A stretch of 63,003 nucleotides of DNA, filler included, from Sluysia triapertura (Eukaryota), in NCBI GenBank assembly GCA_046118255.1. It is 5 parts of 5 records of this genome, joined end to end, with 100 filler letters (N's around TTAATTAATTAA, not from the genome) between each part and the next. Parts side by side here need not be neighbours in the genome. Positions count along the whole stretch, not along the records: positions 37,166 to 51,656 come from JBJNIA010256963.1; positions 51,757 to 63,003 come from JBJNIA010186813.1; 3 more parts are not named here. One strand, 5' to 3'. This document shows positions 40,765-53,804 of this stretch, in pieces (the first letter of the stretch is position 1; the number at the start of each line of letters is the position of its first letter). The translations under genes and the position numbers were made by a program. The notes beneath the pieces are model-generated. The model was not told where the DNA came from and did no database searches. It saw nothing but the letters and a program-made list of their open reading frames with translations.

Positions 40765-40948
40765 CCCTTTACGTTATATTTATACATAAGTATAACAAAC
40801 GTAATTAAATTAATAAATAAGTAATTTGAATTCGATTTGAGTATGTTTCTTTTGAGTCAGGCGTTTAATTGTCAAAATTTTGTGTTTTTGCTGGAATTAA
40901 ATAGGACCTGTAGAGGATTCAATGGAAAGAAAATAGGACCGCAAAGGG
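40765..40948. mobile_element. piggyBac-type MITE
   Basis: TTAA-CCCTTTACG..CGCAAAGGG-TTAA, with a subterminal repeat AAATAGGACC present twice. Confidence 0.55.
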
Positions 40949-42539
40949 TTAATCTTGTTGCATACTTTTTGTAACGTAGCCTATTTTTCAATTTTTGTCA
41001 TTGTTTTTTATTTGTTTTATTTCAAGTAGGTTTTCCACCATTGGCAATTTTCATTAAAAACAAAATGAAATTATTAAATTATTTTAATTTCAAAAAAAGT
41101 AAGTATTAGATAATAAACATTAAATACGTATATCGATTAATTAATAAATATTCCGTACTGATAATAATGGAATATGAAAGGTTCTTTTGAGGTATTGAAT
41201 AAAAAGTTAGATATTTTATTCGATTTACGTCTAATCCTGTTATTTGAATATGTTTATTAAGCGCATTTTTAATTTATAAGTCTTTATTAATTTTTTTTAT
41301 TAAAAAGAAACTCTATATTTAAATTTAATGACAGCTTAAGGCCTGGCGAAACTATCGAATCTGATTTTAGACGAATAATTGCTCTAAAAAATAAACAAGA
41401 ACACATAATAACAAATTTTATAACAAAAATAACGAAGGATATTAATGTATTATTATTAGTGCTATAACTATTGTCGTAAGAATGTATTGGGTTTGGAGTT
41501 ATTGTATTATTAGCGTTTTCGGTTTTTGTTATTGATTGATTTATGACTATATTATGTTCGATTGAAGTTTGTTTGATGGTAAATGTATTCTAGTATCTTA
41601 TTTTGTTTGTTTGTTTATAATTTCGTTTATGAAAATTGTGTTTCACGGTTATCAAGAAGTAATTACTTAGGAAAATGAGAAAAAATGCTTCGAAAATTTG
41701 TGAAAATAAGAAGAGTTATGACTTAATTGGCCAATGAATTATCAGCAATGTTTACAATGACTTTGTGAACTACCGCAAAATTATAAATTTATTTATTCTA
41801 ATTAATCTTTATTCACATTTTACCGTTATTTTGTTATTACATCTATGTTTAATTAATAGTAAACTCACATAAAACATCTATGTAATCTTTATTTTGTTTG
41901 TACTATTTAAACGAGCGATAAAGCAGTGCTAACATTAAATTGTATATAAAATAAGCCGCATTTGAAAATTACGGGTTTGCCATTCTTTTTTTAGGGCAAT
42001 TCTAGGTTCTTTGGATTTTTGTACAGTTACATAGATTATGAATTTATTAAATTCATGTTTTCGATTTAGAGCATTTCAAGGTTTCAGGGAGTCGTCGATA
42101 AGATTTTATTTATGTTTTCTATATTTTCTTATAATATTATGTTATGGTAATTATTTAATTTCTGAATTGAATATCTTTTGATTTTCATTCAGTTCGCATA
42201 TTTTAATTCGAATTTCTTTTTTTGCGCAATAATTTAGCCACATAATTTAATTAATTTTTTCGGATTGTAAATCAGTTAAATTGGTTTATATAGGTTCAGT
42301 TATAATAAAGAAGTTTTAAATTATTATTTTTTACTGTAAAAACAGTATAAAATTTGTGAAATTAAATTTTTAAATAATATAGAAAATTTGAGAGTTTTTT
42401 ATTATAAGCGTTGAAAATTTTACAATTAAAAATATAACTAAATTTTATTTTATCGCCACTGTTTATTTAAAACAGTTGGAATAAATTAGCTTCTAGTATC
42501 GGTTGATGATGAAATTCCATTCAAATGTTGTCTTGAATT

Positions 42540-43420
42540 TTGGAAAGCGATATTATGAGTCTTATAACAAGGTATGGAGGAACCAGTTGCAGCTCTTAAG
42601 AATAAAGTAAAGTGTATTTCAAGTTTAAACAGTTATTTTGGTATTACGTAAATAGCAACGCCCATGTCGACAAAAAATTATCAAAGGTGAGCTGCCATAA
42701 AAGTGGTGAAATGCACTCTTGGCATATGTTTTGATAGATTCACAGATACTTAATTTGAATGTGCGTGGCTTATTGGTTGGAATTTACATCCAATAAACAA
42801 CATTTAGCGTTTTTCTGGAACCATTTGTGGTAATAACACTTCATCGAATGATTTCTTTCAGCTTGAAGATTTGGAATGTCGAGATCTGTTAAAGCTTTTA
42901 CGTGAAGTATTTGTATACTGCAAATTGGACATAGGTACTACAGTTTTGGTTATTCTGGCTATTTGTAACGAAAGTGCCATTTTCTTCATTAATGGTGTCC
43001 TGAATTTGATTTTACACGCTTGTGGGAGGCACTGCCTCGAAGAAGAGTTCGTGACATTCTTCGGTGACGCAGCGGAGTGGTTTCAAATCATTCTTAACTT
43101 TCTCGAGAATTTTGGAAGGTGTTAGGGGCCCTAAAACTGGTTCTTTAAGTAATCCTAAAAGATTTAATTTACAAATCTTTGAGCTCTTGGTAAAGCTGTG
43201 CTGAAGATATGCAGGTAGAAATTTTCGAGTTGATCTTGATAACAAGATCTGGTGGTGGTAATGTGAACGCTCGGGTGAATTTCTGAGCAGTTATAGAAAT
43301 ATGGTGTCATTTAATATCTGCCATCACTATCAGGAACCACGTGTTAGGGATTCCGTTATCCAAAAAGAAGTGCATTGAAACAATGCGATGGAGTTTGCTT
43401 CAATCTTATTTGTTGTAGCT
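42540..43420 (-). mobile_element. Decayed Gypsy-type LTR retrotransposon gag-protease
   Basis: SFWIT..P.TWFLIV (gag 'PFW..P..WF'), LLKEPVLGPLTPSKILEKV ('LGD.KPSQLL'), ELFFEAVP, VDMGVA ('VDTGA') and LRAATGSSI ('L.AANG..I') appear in the expected order, with frameshifts. Confidence 0.65.
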
Positions 43421-46400
43421 TCTTCATTTGTGAACTCAGTTGGGATGTCACTAGCTCCTGGGAGTTGGTGTTGTATCTTGATAGTTATGCCATTGATGCC
43501 GTGCTGCTCAAAAGGTTGCGAGATATAATACTAGTTTTTGCTTTTGGGTTAACAGCTTTTGTTTCGTTTAAAAAGTGTGCCGCACATTTGATATTAATAG
43601 TAATTTTGTGACTTGCAAGAGATTGGTGATATTGCTTTACCTGCTGTTGATTGAATGATTAAATTGGTACAACATGAAGCGCCATTAACATGCTCAGCGA
43701 TTTTAACATGCTCAGATTTGTGCGCTAAGCAGCAGGCTTTAGTGAGTTCGATGAATTCAACCTCGAAACATAATCTTCAAGATTAGTGGAATTAAACGCC
43801 GGCTAGCAAACGAATTTGTACTAAGTTGGATTTAATCTAATAAATAAAAACTCGTAACTAAATGTAGTGAGTTCTGTCATTATGAAGTTATGGTCATTTA
43901 AATTAAAATCTATCGTCATTAAACTAATAATTTTGTTTATTATTTTCTTTACGCTTACAATTTCTTTTAATTTTAGAAATTTTACTCCCGACTTAAGGCC
44001 ATAGAAATAGTAAAACCCCAAGATTTTAATTAAAACGAAAATTTTGCATTAAACATACAATATCAAACATAAAAACGTAGAAATTACTACTTAAACTAAT
44101 TATCAGTTTTCTAGGTGAATGGCTTACATTTAATATCGTTAAATTAATTACTTTTCCATTTTTCGAGTTCGTCGTGAAAACATACAAGGTTTCTATGAAA
44201 AATATCGTTAAAAATTTGACTTTCTTCAAAAGACTCAAAATATTGCATGCCTTCTTCAACAAATGCATGCCTTGGGGAAGCAGTAGATATATTACCAGTA
44301 AAATAACCTTTTCCTCCAATTTTCATTTTCTCTACTTGTTGACTGAACAATTCTCTAGTTACAGGTAAAACAGAATCTCCTTAATAACCTCTAATCGTAG
44401 TTATCGTAGAACACAGCATTAGTTTTGGCAATAGCATCAAACATTTTTATTGGTTCAGCATCAGACACACTTTACCATTGTCAATTTTATATGACAGATT
44501 ATTGCTGTGTTTCTTACTTATACGTGAGTCCACAAACGTACTAGGCTTACCGGTTAGTAGCCGTTGGATTTGTAAATAAAAGAATTTCAATTGAAGATGG
44601 GAGTAACTTCCTAAGTTTCACTAGATTCTATCTAAAGTGTCTGCTAATTTAGTGTTAAGGTATTCTTAATTTAATGATGCAATTTTAATTGAAGTTTATT
44701 CAAAATTCTGCATTAGAATATTTTGCTGGCCGAAAAATAACAATTCAAAAGTTAAATTTTATATTATTATAATGGTTTACGAAAATCCTATGAAAATGAT
44801 TGATATCAATAGATTTTACGATATCAGAATTAAATTCTGATAAAACTTTGAGGCACAGGCAACTTTATCATTTCGAAACTATAAAAATAAAAACTCCTTT
44901 TTTAAATAATCATATATTATCAACAATTTACAATTTATAGCAACAATTTAAAATTTACAACAGTTCAATAAATATAAAAATTTACGTTAATTAACTAATA
45001 AGTTAATTTTAAACGGTGAAATTTAGAAAATGTATTTTTCGAGAAAACTATTAGAGTTTTCCAAAGTCTTTACAGCATAAGGATTTTACATCTATTTTGC
45101 GCTGATAACTTAATAAAATAAACGAACGTAAGATATTTATGTAAGGAAAATGACAAAATCCTGGCTGTAATGTCTTCTTACAACTAATGAAATTGATTCT
45201 ACTCTTAAAAACTTTATTCTCTTGTGTGTGATATATTTGAATGTGTGGTCTTATATATACTTTTATGCTGACCTTGATCTTATTAAAACAAAATACTATT
45301 TATGTTATATTATAATTATTTTATTTAATGAAATACTGGAGATTTTCAATTAAAATAATTGATTCAAACATTAATTAATAATCAAAATCCGAATAATAAT
45401 CGTTTTAATTGTTTATCAATAATACAAAATTAATAATAATTGTTATATAATTAATATAAATCAATAATACAAAATTAAGATATCATCCAATAAAAATAGT
45501 TGTATATTGTTAACAAACACATTGTTAATAAATCATATTATATAAACACACATACACACATTGATGTCATTTACAACATTATTAACCACAAGGTAAACAT
45601 GATCATCAGAATATGTAAATACATTTTCAAAATTTTTAGAGAAAAACTGTGCAACAAAGTATTATTAAAGTAAAGAATTTCATTTTTAGTATTGATTATA
45701 TTATTTTTTTTCTATGGACATGATCACTATAGTGATATAATAACTAACGATAACAACAATAATAATTATAGTAATAGTAATAATAATATAAATTCTAACA
45801 TATGTAAAGTACGTAGATATAAGCAGATATCAGTATATTTTTAAGAACATACCGTGTTACGGAAGTTTTTGCGGTCATAGAAATACAACATAGAATGTTT
45901 CACATTATAATGTTGTGTATCTTATTATTTTAAACTAGTGTATAATATGATGCATAATGTGGATAAAACATGACTATGGTATAATTGGTCACAAGACAAA
46001 TACTAAAATATTTTGAAGTAACAATATTTGTGATCTATGATGACAAAAAAAGAATTATAAAAGTAGAAGTAAAATTAAGCAGCAATATTTTTATAAACGA
46101 AATAAAAATTACATAATGACATAAAAATTAGATATGTGTTAATCTGTTTATTTACTTGTGATTATTATTGTATTCTGATCTCAAGTTCGCTGCACTAAAC
46201 AAATATAAATTTAACAATTTTTTAATCATAATTTTTATAACAATGACGGTAAAATTGTTAAAACTTTGTAATGTTGTTCATTAACATGATGTATCAAGAA
46301 ACAATTGTTTCCACACCAATTTTCATGGTACATAATCTAAATCGACCAAACACAAACCTAGACAGTTGTGTTACTTATCAGACTTATACTAACATTTAAT

Positions 46401-46797
46401 ACTAAATATGGACCTGATTCTAACTTTGTCTTCGTTAAAATTTTAAAACATTCACCATTGATATGAATATTAACTGAATTTAATTTTTCCAAAATTAAAT
46501 TTGTTTTTAAACGCTTTTCTTAAATCTTTAAAAGTAAAAGTAATACACGATGCATTAACTTCAATAATGCATTATTACATAAACTTGCCTTAAGTTTATT
46601 TACGAGTTTTGTGCATGACTTTGTGAACATTCATGAGTTAATCGTATGAGTCCGATTTGATCCTATTATATTGTCGTTAAGATAATAAAATAAATGCAAG
46701 TGAAAGTAACCAACGGTTACATCCATTTTTTAAATTTTACTAGGTGTTTGTCATAAGTCTTTAGATTCACACTTTGTATTATTAAAAACTTTGCATA

Positions 46798-46954
46798 CCG
46801 TATTTTCTGGACTATAAGCCGGACCTTCCCAATATTTCTCAGAAAATGTAATTGACGTGTAAGCCTCACCGGACTATAAGCCGTACCATTAAAATACAAA
46901 AGCTAAGATGCTGGTCCATGTATTAAATAAATTTACTTAGAAATACTCTACTGC

Positions 46955-47019
<65 letters not shown>

Positions 47020-47470
47020 ATGATATATTAAAAAGAACACTTTAACATATCAGTAAATAAGTATAAATATAACCTGTTTTAAATAAAATTTAACTAAAAT
47101 ATTAACCAATAACTACTTATTAGTTTTCTAAGAATCCATCACATTCATAATTCATATCGGTTACTTCATCTGAATCTGCAGCTTGATTTTCAGTTGCCCG
47201 TTCATTTTCTACGCCAGAATCATGAATGATGCCTGCTTTAATAAAGCCTTTGATGATTATTGATTTAGGGACGCTATTCCAAGCATCACGAATCCATTCA
47301 GTTATTGTCACATAATCACTCTTCGCTGTCTACCTGTTCTAGTAAAACTATTTTTTATTTTTTAGAGTCAGGAAATTTTGAGGATTTTAAACATCAACGT
47401 ATAAGCCGCACCCCCTAAATTATGACCCCTTTTAAGTTTTTGGGTGCGGCTTATAGTCCGGAAAATACGA
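46798..47470 (-). mobile_element. Internally deleted pogo/Tigger element containing a (TAG)n tract
   Basis: TIRs CCGTATTTTCTGGACTATAAGCCG / CGGCTTATAGTCCGGAAAATACG. Transposase C-terminal remnant RTGRQRR..ITEWIRDAWNSVPKSIIIKGFIKAGI. (TAG)n at about 46955-47018. Confidence 0.88.
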
Positions 47471-48512
47471 TGTTAACAATTTCAGAATAGACAAACAATT
47501 AAAAAAATTTTGCAAAATATATTTTTTATATATTATTGATAATAAAAAATTTTTAAATTTAAATTTTGAACTTTTACACTATTTTAGGCTTTAGAACAGC
47601 ACTATATTTCTTTTGCCAATATAAAATTCTGATACGAAGAATCGAAAATCATAGTCCAATTAAGCTGCACGAAAAATTATTTATTCTCAAAATGCATTCT
47701 TTAATTTACAAGCAATTTATTTACCTATGTATGTCAAAAATCTGGATATGAATCGAACCATGTCGATTGTGTGCTTTGATCACTTTTTGCTGAACATTAT
47801 CACTGACATTATTTAGTTTCTTTCCTTACAAAATAAACTGAATCACTTATATCATTATTGTTTATTTATTTGAAAGAAATTTTTCCGCGACGATAGATTT
47901 ATCATTCATTGTTATGTATAATAGGAGTTATAATGGTGGTCCTATTATTCACATTTTGTTCATGATATTGTTATATCAAAATTACGCAATTACACAGTCC
48001 CATTTTCATTTGACGTAATTTTACAAACGTTTAATGCTGTTTTCAAATCTGAAATCAGAATTGAAAGATAATTGCATTAAAACCTTCAAAGTTTTGGGGG
48101 GTTCTAACATAATAACGGTTCACTTGTTCGAAAAACATATTCGGAATCAGCGTGCCGAAATCCATTAAAATACCTCGGTTCATCTTGGGATGTGTCGAAC
48201 ATTTTCCCCAAAGTCTATTCAATGACTGACTATTACTATTAATACCAATTAAAACTAAAATAATTGTGGAAAGTTTTAGAAAAGTAAAATGTACTTTGAT
48301 CTTTACTCATTAAATATTTTTGCTAAATAGAAAAACTGCGGCTCTGCAAACACCCAAAAAATTGATTATTGCGTAGAGTAAATAAAATATTTGTTTGAAA
48401 ACAATGTCTTCTCATTAGGTTATAAAATATTCAACGTTTCAAATACTTGTAAGGGGTTGTTTAAATAGACAATCAATTATTTACTTAATAATAAAAAAAT
48501 CACAAAAATATA

Positions 48513-49610
48513 TTAAAATTTACTTTGTACAAATTTTGCAAATGTCTGTGCAACGATCAATGGAAAAACCAAAGTTGCTTCAGCATGCAACTTCACAGAT
48601 TCTGCATCTGATTTGATCTTACCCCAACTAACTGCTTCACTAACAGGTGCTCCGGAATCACTAGCTTCGAATTCATTTCCAGTATTAATATAAACACTAA
48701 AATCGGCACCATTTCGCATCAAATTAGCATTAGCAATTTGATGTTTAATTACACCTCCACCAAGAATAAGTATACCGGTAGATTTTGCTAAAATTGCTTG
48801 CTTATTTAAACGTACAATGTCTTCAGTTATGTCCAATTTCAGATAATTCATATCATTCATTACACACCAGAAATATAGCATGTCACCAATACTACCATCA
48901 GTTAGAGCTGGACAAAACACTGGAATATTGTTTTTCCAGCACCAATAATAAACACTATTTTCATCATTGATTTCTTTTCCAAGACGAGCAATAAATTTCG
49001 ATGGAGTCCAGCTAATATTTTCGTGATTTTGTTCATATACCATTTGCTCCAAAATTGGATTTATCCACTTTTCAAATTCAACATAATTATCATTCGGTAC
49101 TAACATATTTCCAATTCGATTTATGCCATCCCTTCGTAACTCTGCATCGTTAAATTTATCAAAGTCACCAACATATGATGGTCGAAGACATTTAATAAAA
49201 TCTTCTTCTACACCACCTGCACTTGTAACAATTACATCAACTAAATTATGCTGTGCTAGGTAACGAATTATTTCACGCAATCCACTTGAGATCATATTAG
49301 ATGTGTAACCGAAAAATATAGTACAATTTTTTATCTGTCTTCTAACTGGATTTAAATCACTGTGATCATTTTCAAATGGTACTGGAATTTCTCGTTGAAT
49401 AATCATTTTATTAATTATACTGATAGCTTTGGCAAAATTCGTTGCCTGAATACCTGTTGATAAGTACGACTGTAACAACTTCTCATAATTAGTGCCATTG
49501 TTGAAATCATAACCAACAACTTCTATGTTTACGCCTTCTGGTAAATTTTCAGATTTTTTAAAAACTGCACACTTATTTGTTTCATTTTCATCTGTTGAGT
49601 TGTTGATCAT
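48513..49610 (-). CDS. DHPS: Deoxyhypusine synthase, complete and intronless, 365 aa from the first ATG (49610)
   Basis: [61 protein letters not shown] and EAVSWGK (catalytic Lys). Confidence 0.98.
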   Translation of the reverse strand: MINNSTDENETNKCAVFKKSENLPEGVNIEVVGYDFNNGTNYEKLLQSYLSTGIQATNFAKAISIINKMIIQREIPVPFENDHSDLNPVRRQIKNCTIFFGYTSNMISSGLREIIRYLAQHNLVDVIVTSAGGVEEDFIKCLRPSYVGDFDKFNDAELRRDGINRIGNMLVPNDNYVEFEKWINPILEQMVYEQNHENISWTPSKFIARLGKEINDENSVYYWCWKNNIPVFCPALTDGSIGDMLYFWCVMNDMNYLKLDITEDIVRLNKQAILAKSTGILILGGGVIKHQIANANLMRNGADFSVYINTGNEFEASDSGAPVSEAVSWGKIKSDAESVKLHAEATLVFPLIVAQTFAKFVQSKF

Positions 49611-51656
49611 ACTTTTGAGATTATTTTTTAATCTGAAATTTTGACTTACAACATCATCATTATATTTTTGATTATTCAAACAATTAAATAATTTAACTAA
49701 AAAGTAATTCGAATTTTATTAGTATGTTTTAAATAAATCCTTTTACAAAAATTATGTATTTATAAATTAGATTAAACCATGACTTATTATTTTAAGAATT
49801 TAATTAATTACTTAATTAATTTATTTAATTACTTATATTTGGTTGAAATATCATTTGTATTATTTTTAAAAAATCTATTTTTGAATAAATAAAATTGGTT
49901 TTCTGTATTATGGAAATCGCAAAGAGTTACATGTTCTTTATTAGCTACTCTGAACTTGAATGATTTAAGTCAGTTAAAGTCAGAATAAATTTAATTTTAA
50001 GAATGATTTTTTAAGTTTCATATATTATTGCACACAAATTAGAGGGCCGTGCCGATAAAATAGTTATCGAAAATAAGTCTAACCATCAATAAGCATTCTC
50101 TCGACAATTAGTTGGCAATTTAAATAATAATAATAATAAGGTTAATTCAAAAAAAATTATATAAAAATCTTTTCATTTGATTTCAAAAACAGGACTGACT
50201 AGTAATCAGACTCTGACTTTTAGCGACATTGTTCGATGCAAAAAAGTTGATTACATTTGTTTAAGTTTCATATTATGTAAAGTACGTTTTTACTGAAAAT
50301 AAATGTGAAAGTTAGAATATTTTAAAATTTTAGCAAATATTTCTTTACATTATTTACTTTTATGTAAATGTTAAAGATTTTAAATTTTTAAGGAATATTT
50401 TCTATTTTTGCATCAAATTTAGCAATTTTTTATATATAATTATCTTTAATTAACCCACAGATTGTTGAATACATTTTACAAGAACTGCAAAGTAAGCTGA
50501 TCATAAATGTATAATCTTTAAAATCCTTCTATTTGATTTGTTAGAATGTAATTCGTGAAATAATAATAAACAAACGGGAAATGGTTAAATGCGAATAAAA
50601 CTGAAAAACTAAATAAAAATTTAATTAAATTTTATTTTGTCTAATTGAAATTAATTAAATTATCTATCTAAAAAATTAGGAAAACATAAAATGTGTATAT
50701 AAAAACTAGTTTAATGCAAAACAAGTAACAACACAAAGAAACAAAAATACAAGAAAGAATATATCTTTAAGTGCTACAAAGATTTCAAGTACAAACTGCC
50801 AGAAAAGATTTTAACAGTTCAACTATTTGGAAAATTTAATCTCACAAAGACACTTAATAGATCAAACGATATATTTCTTGTGTTTGTACTTCTTAGGTTT
50901 TTTCTCCATTAAGTAGGTATAAAATATACGTAAATTATTTAATTAATTTGGGCTAATTTAAAATTAGATTTACATTTTATATTTATATTTTATATTTACA
51001 CAACCCTCTTTAAAGTGTTGCTTTAAAAATATAAATTGTAATTTAGGAATTACGCAACCCTATTTAAGATGCTGCTTCGAAAAATAATTTTTATTTTTAT
51101 TGTTAAAAATCAATGATTATTTTAAGAAAAAAGTAACTTAATAATCCTACTAAGATTTATTACAAAAAAATCTCCACAAAAATTTTTATATAAAAAATTA
51201 TAACATAAATAATCAATTTTTTCAATTCAACCGTAGTTGATTGTATTTGATTTTGATTAAAAGTTTTCTCAACTGTCTTTAAGGTGTTGATACAAAAAAT
51301 GTTTAAAGATTTTAAGTGGATTTTAGTATTCCTACTTAGAGTGAATATTTGAAAACTTAAATGCACAAAAATTACTTTAAACTCATGGATCTTCAAAAAT
51401 CTTCTAAAAACAATTTTAATTTTCTGCTGTTGTTAATGTTGTTCTTATTATTATTCTATCGCAATCTTTAATCTTTAAAATATTTAATTAACCTAATTTC
51501 TAAATAAAATTAAAATATTTAATTAAAATTAACTTAGTTTCTAATAAAGAAAGTATTTTGTTAGTATTTTCCTTAATCTTAACAAATTATCTGTCGGGTC
51601 AGTTCGCTTAGTATATACGCTTTATACCAACTTGGAGACGTATTACTAAGTTTTTT

Positions 51657-51756
51657 NNNNNNNNNNNNNNNNNNNNNNNNNNNNNNNNNNNNNNNNNNNN
51701 TTAATTAATTAANNNNNNNNNNNNNNNNNNNNNNNNNNNNNNNNNNNNNNNNNNNN
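51657..51756. other. Artificial contig spacer
   Basis: N44-TTAATTAATTAA-N44 linker. Confidence 0.99.
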
Positions 51757-53611
51757 TAAATATCTGTTGTAATTTACTAAAATACCTATATATTTTTGTG
51801 TATATCTGTGTACATGCTAATTTGTGTGTACGTTTCTCATTTGAGCGCGAGTGTGCGCTACAATTGAAATTTTTTTGTTCAGGTGAGTGGCGGCCCAGTG
51901 CCTTATACATTCCTAAATTTTGGCCCGAAGAGTAATTTGGGTTGGACATGGTTGGTATAAATAACAAAAAAATTCTCTATATCAATTTTTACTGTTATAA
52001 AAATAATTAAGTACAATGCTACAGGTATGCTCCAATTTGAGAGTTTTTTTGAAGTTAAAGCACACTTAACTATTTATTAATGAAAAGTTCAATATTCAAA
52101 GTTCTACACTTAAAAACATAAAAACTCAAACTAATAATGCATAAAAATTATATATAGATGATAAAATGTAGTTGAAATTTTCTCTACGTAATATTACTTA
52201 AATAATGTTTTATATTTATTTTCTAATTAACTATTTTCGACTTTAAAATAACTAGCTTTCAAACTTACAATTTATCCAATTTAGTTTGAGTAAAGAAAAC
52301 GAATTTAACGTTCTATTTTCGAATTTTTATTTGGAAAAATAATTTATTTTACTATTTCAAAATTTTTCTCAATTAAATGTGTCAGAAACTTATGGCAATA
52401 TCTGCTGAAATTGGATTCCTAAAATAATGAAAGCTGAATTTTGTCCAGGTATAAAAATACTAATTTATCGAGGAAAGTCTTAAGTTGTAAAATGTATATT
52501 TTAAATCCTCTTTCAAAATTAAGTATTAATCTTAAAGTTAGTGAAAATCCAGATATTTTGAAATGGAAATCTTCAGTACTTGTCAACTAGAAAAGACGGT
52601 AACATGTTATCTGATGTAATAAAATGGATTTTGTAATGATATAGGAAGTGTTTTAAATATGAGATCAGGAAAGAGTCCATTGACCAAGTTAAATAGTAAA
52701 TAGCTGGAAAAACTGAAATATCTAGAAATATGATTAATATGGCAAAGTGGTATACGAATGTTAATATTGCTATTTCGAATGATTTATAATTAAGCCTATA
52801 GGGTTCGCTTAAACATGTGAAACGTTGGCAACCATGTCTTAAGAAATAGTGAGGAAATTGTAATTATTAGTAACTTATTTGTAATTATTACGTGAACTTA
52901 TCATTGTGGCATCATAACTTGTACTTATCGGCATATGTTTAGTATAAGTTGAAATAATAATTGACAACTTGACTAAAAGAAATTTTGTTTAAGAATAATT
53001 AGAAACTGAACGAGCGTCTAATTTGAGTACTATTGTTATAAATAGAACTTAGGTTACGTTTAACTTTCGCCACTATTAAACACTTACGACTCGAATGCCT
53101 TCTTTATACAAATATTGTTGTAAATAGTGACATAATTTTTAATGACTGCGTTATTAGTTGGCAATTAAAAAATGTCTGGTTTATTTCAATTCCTACGGAT
53201 ATTTTCATTTTAATCTCACTTGTTTTATTTACTTTAACTCTAATTTTATTATAAAATTTTACTAGACGATGAAATTTATGCTGTACTTTAATTAGGAAAC
53301 AATCTACTGTTTTCCGAGAGAAAAAAGAATAAGAGATACTGGTATTTATAACATAAAAATTAAATGAAAAATTGAACTTCGAAAAATGTAAAATATAAAA
53401 GGTACAATATGTACTAACATATCAGAAATCAGTAATTTCTTTGTCATATGTATCAGGGCAGTAATTCGAAATAGAAACATCAGAGACCAAAATCTAAATT
53501 CTTCATGCATACTATGTTTCATTAAACTAACAAAGAAAAAACTACAAAAAGAACCAGGTTCTGCATTTGTATATTTGTACGACTCTTACATAAACTGATA
53601 TAAATTGAACA

Positions 53612-53804
53612 CTGTGGTGGAACAAATGAATCAGGGAGGGACAGTTGCTCCGGGATGCAGTGTCATGGGGTCGCAAAATTGCTTCTAGAAAAATAGAAAA
53701 AGAAATAAATGTATATTCAATGTAATTTGACCATTGGTGGTGGTGTTTGGGAGCGCAAGATCTAGGTCTTGCCCTCCCTGGGACACGATCTCGGCACGCC
53801 ACTG
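53612..53804. mobile_element. hAT-type MITE, copy 2
   Basis: Perfect 8-bp TSD ATTGAACA on both sides; ends CTGTGGTG..CGCCACTG; homologous to 31445-31601. Confidence 0.85.

Noticed and set aside
39439-49610. 4E-T and DHPS on one contig as a translation-control cluster
   Set aside because: They are convergent housekeeping genes 8 kb apart, separated by TEs, with no evidence of linkage.
49611-49679. N-terminal extension of DHPS in the ORF track
   Set aside because: It starts at TTG; the first ATG at 49610 gives a normal-length protein.
51701-51967. ORF running into X residues
   Set aside because: It crosses the artificial spacer.
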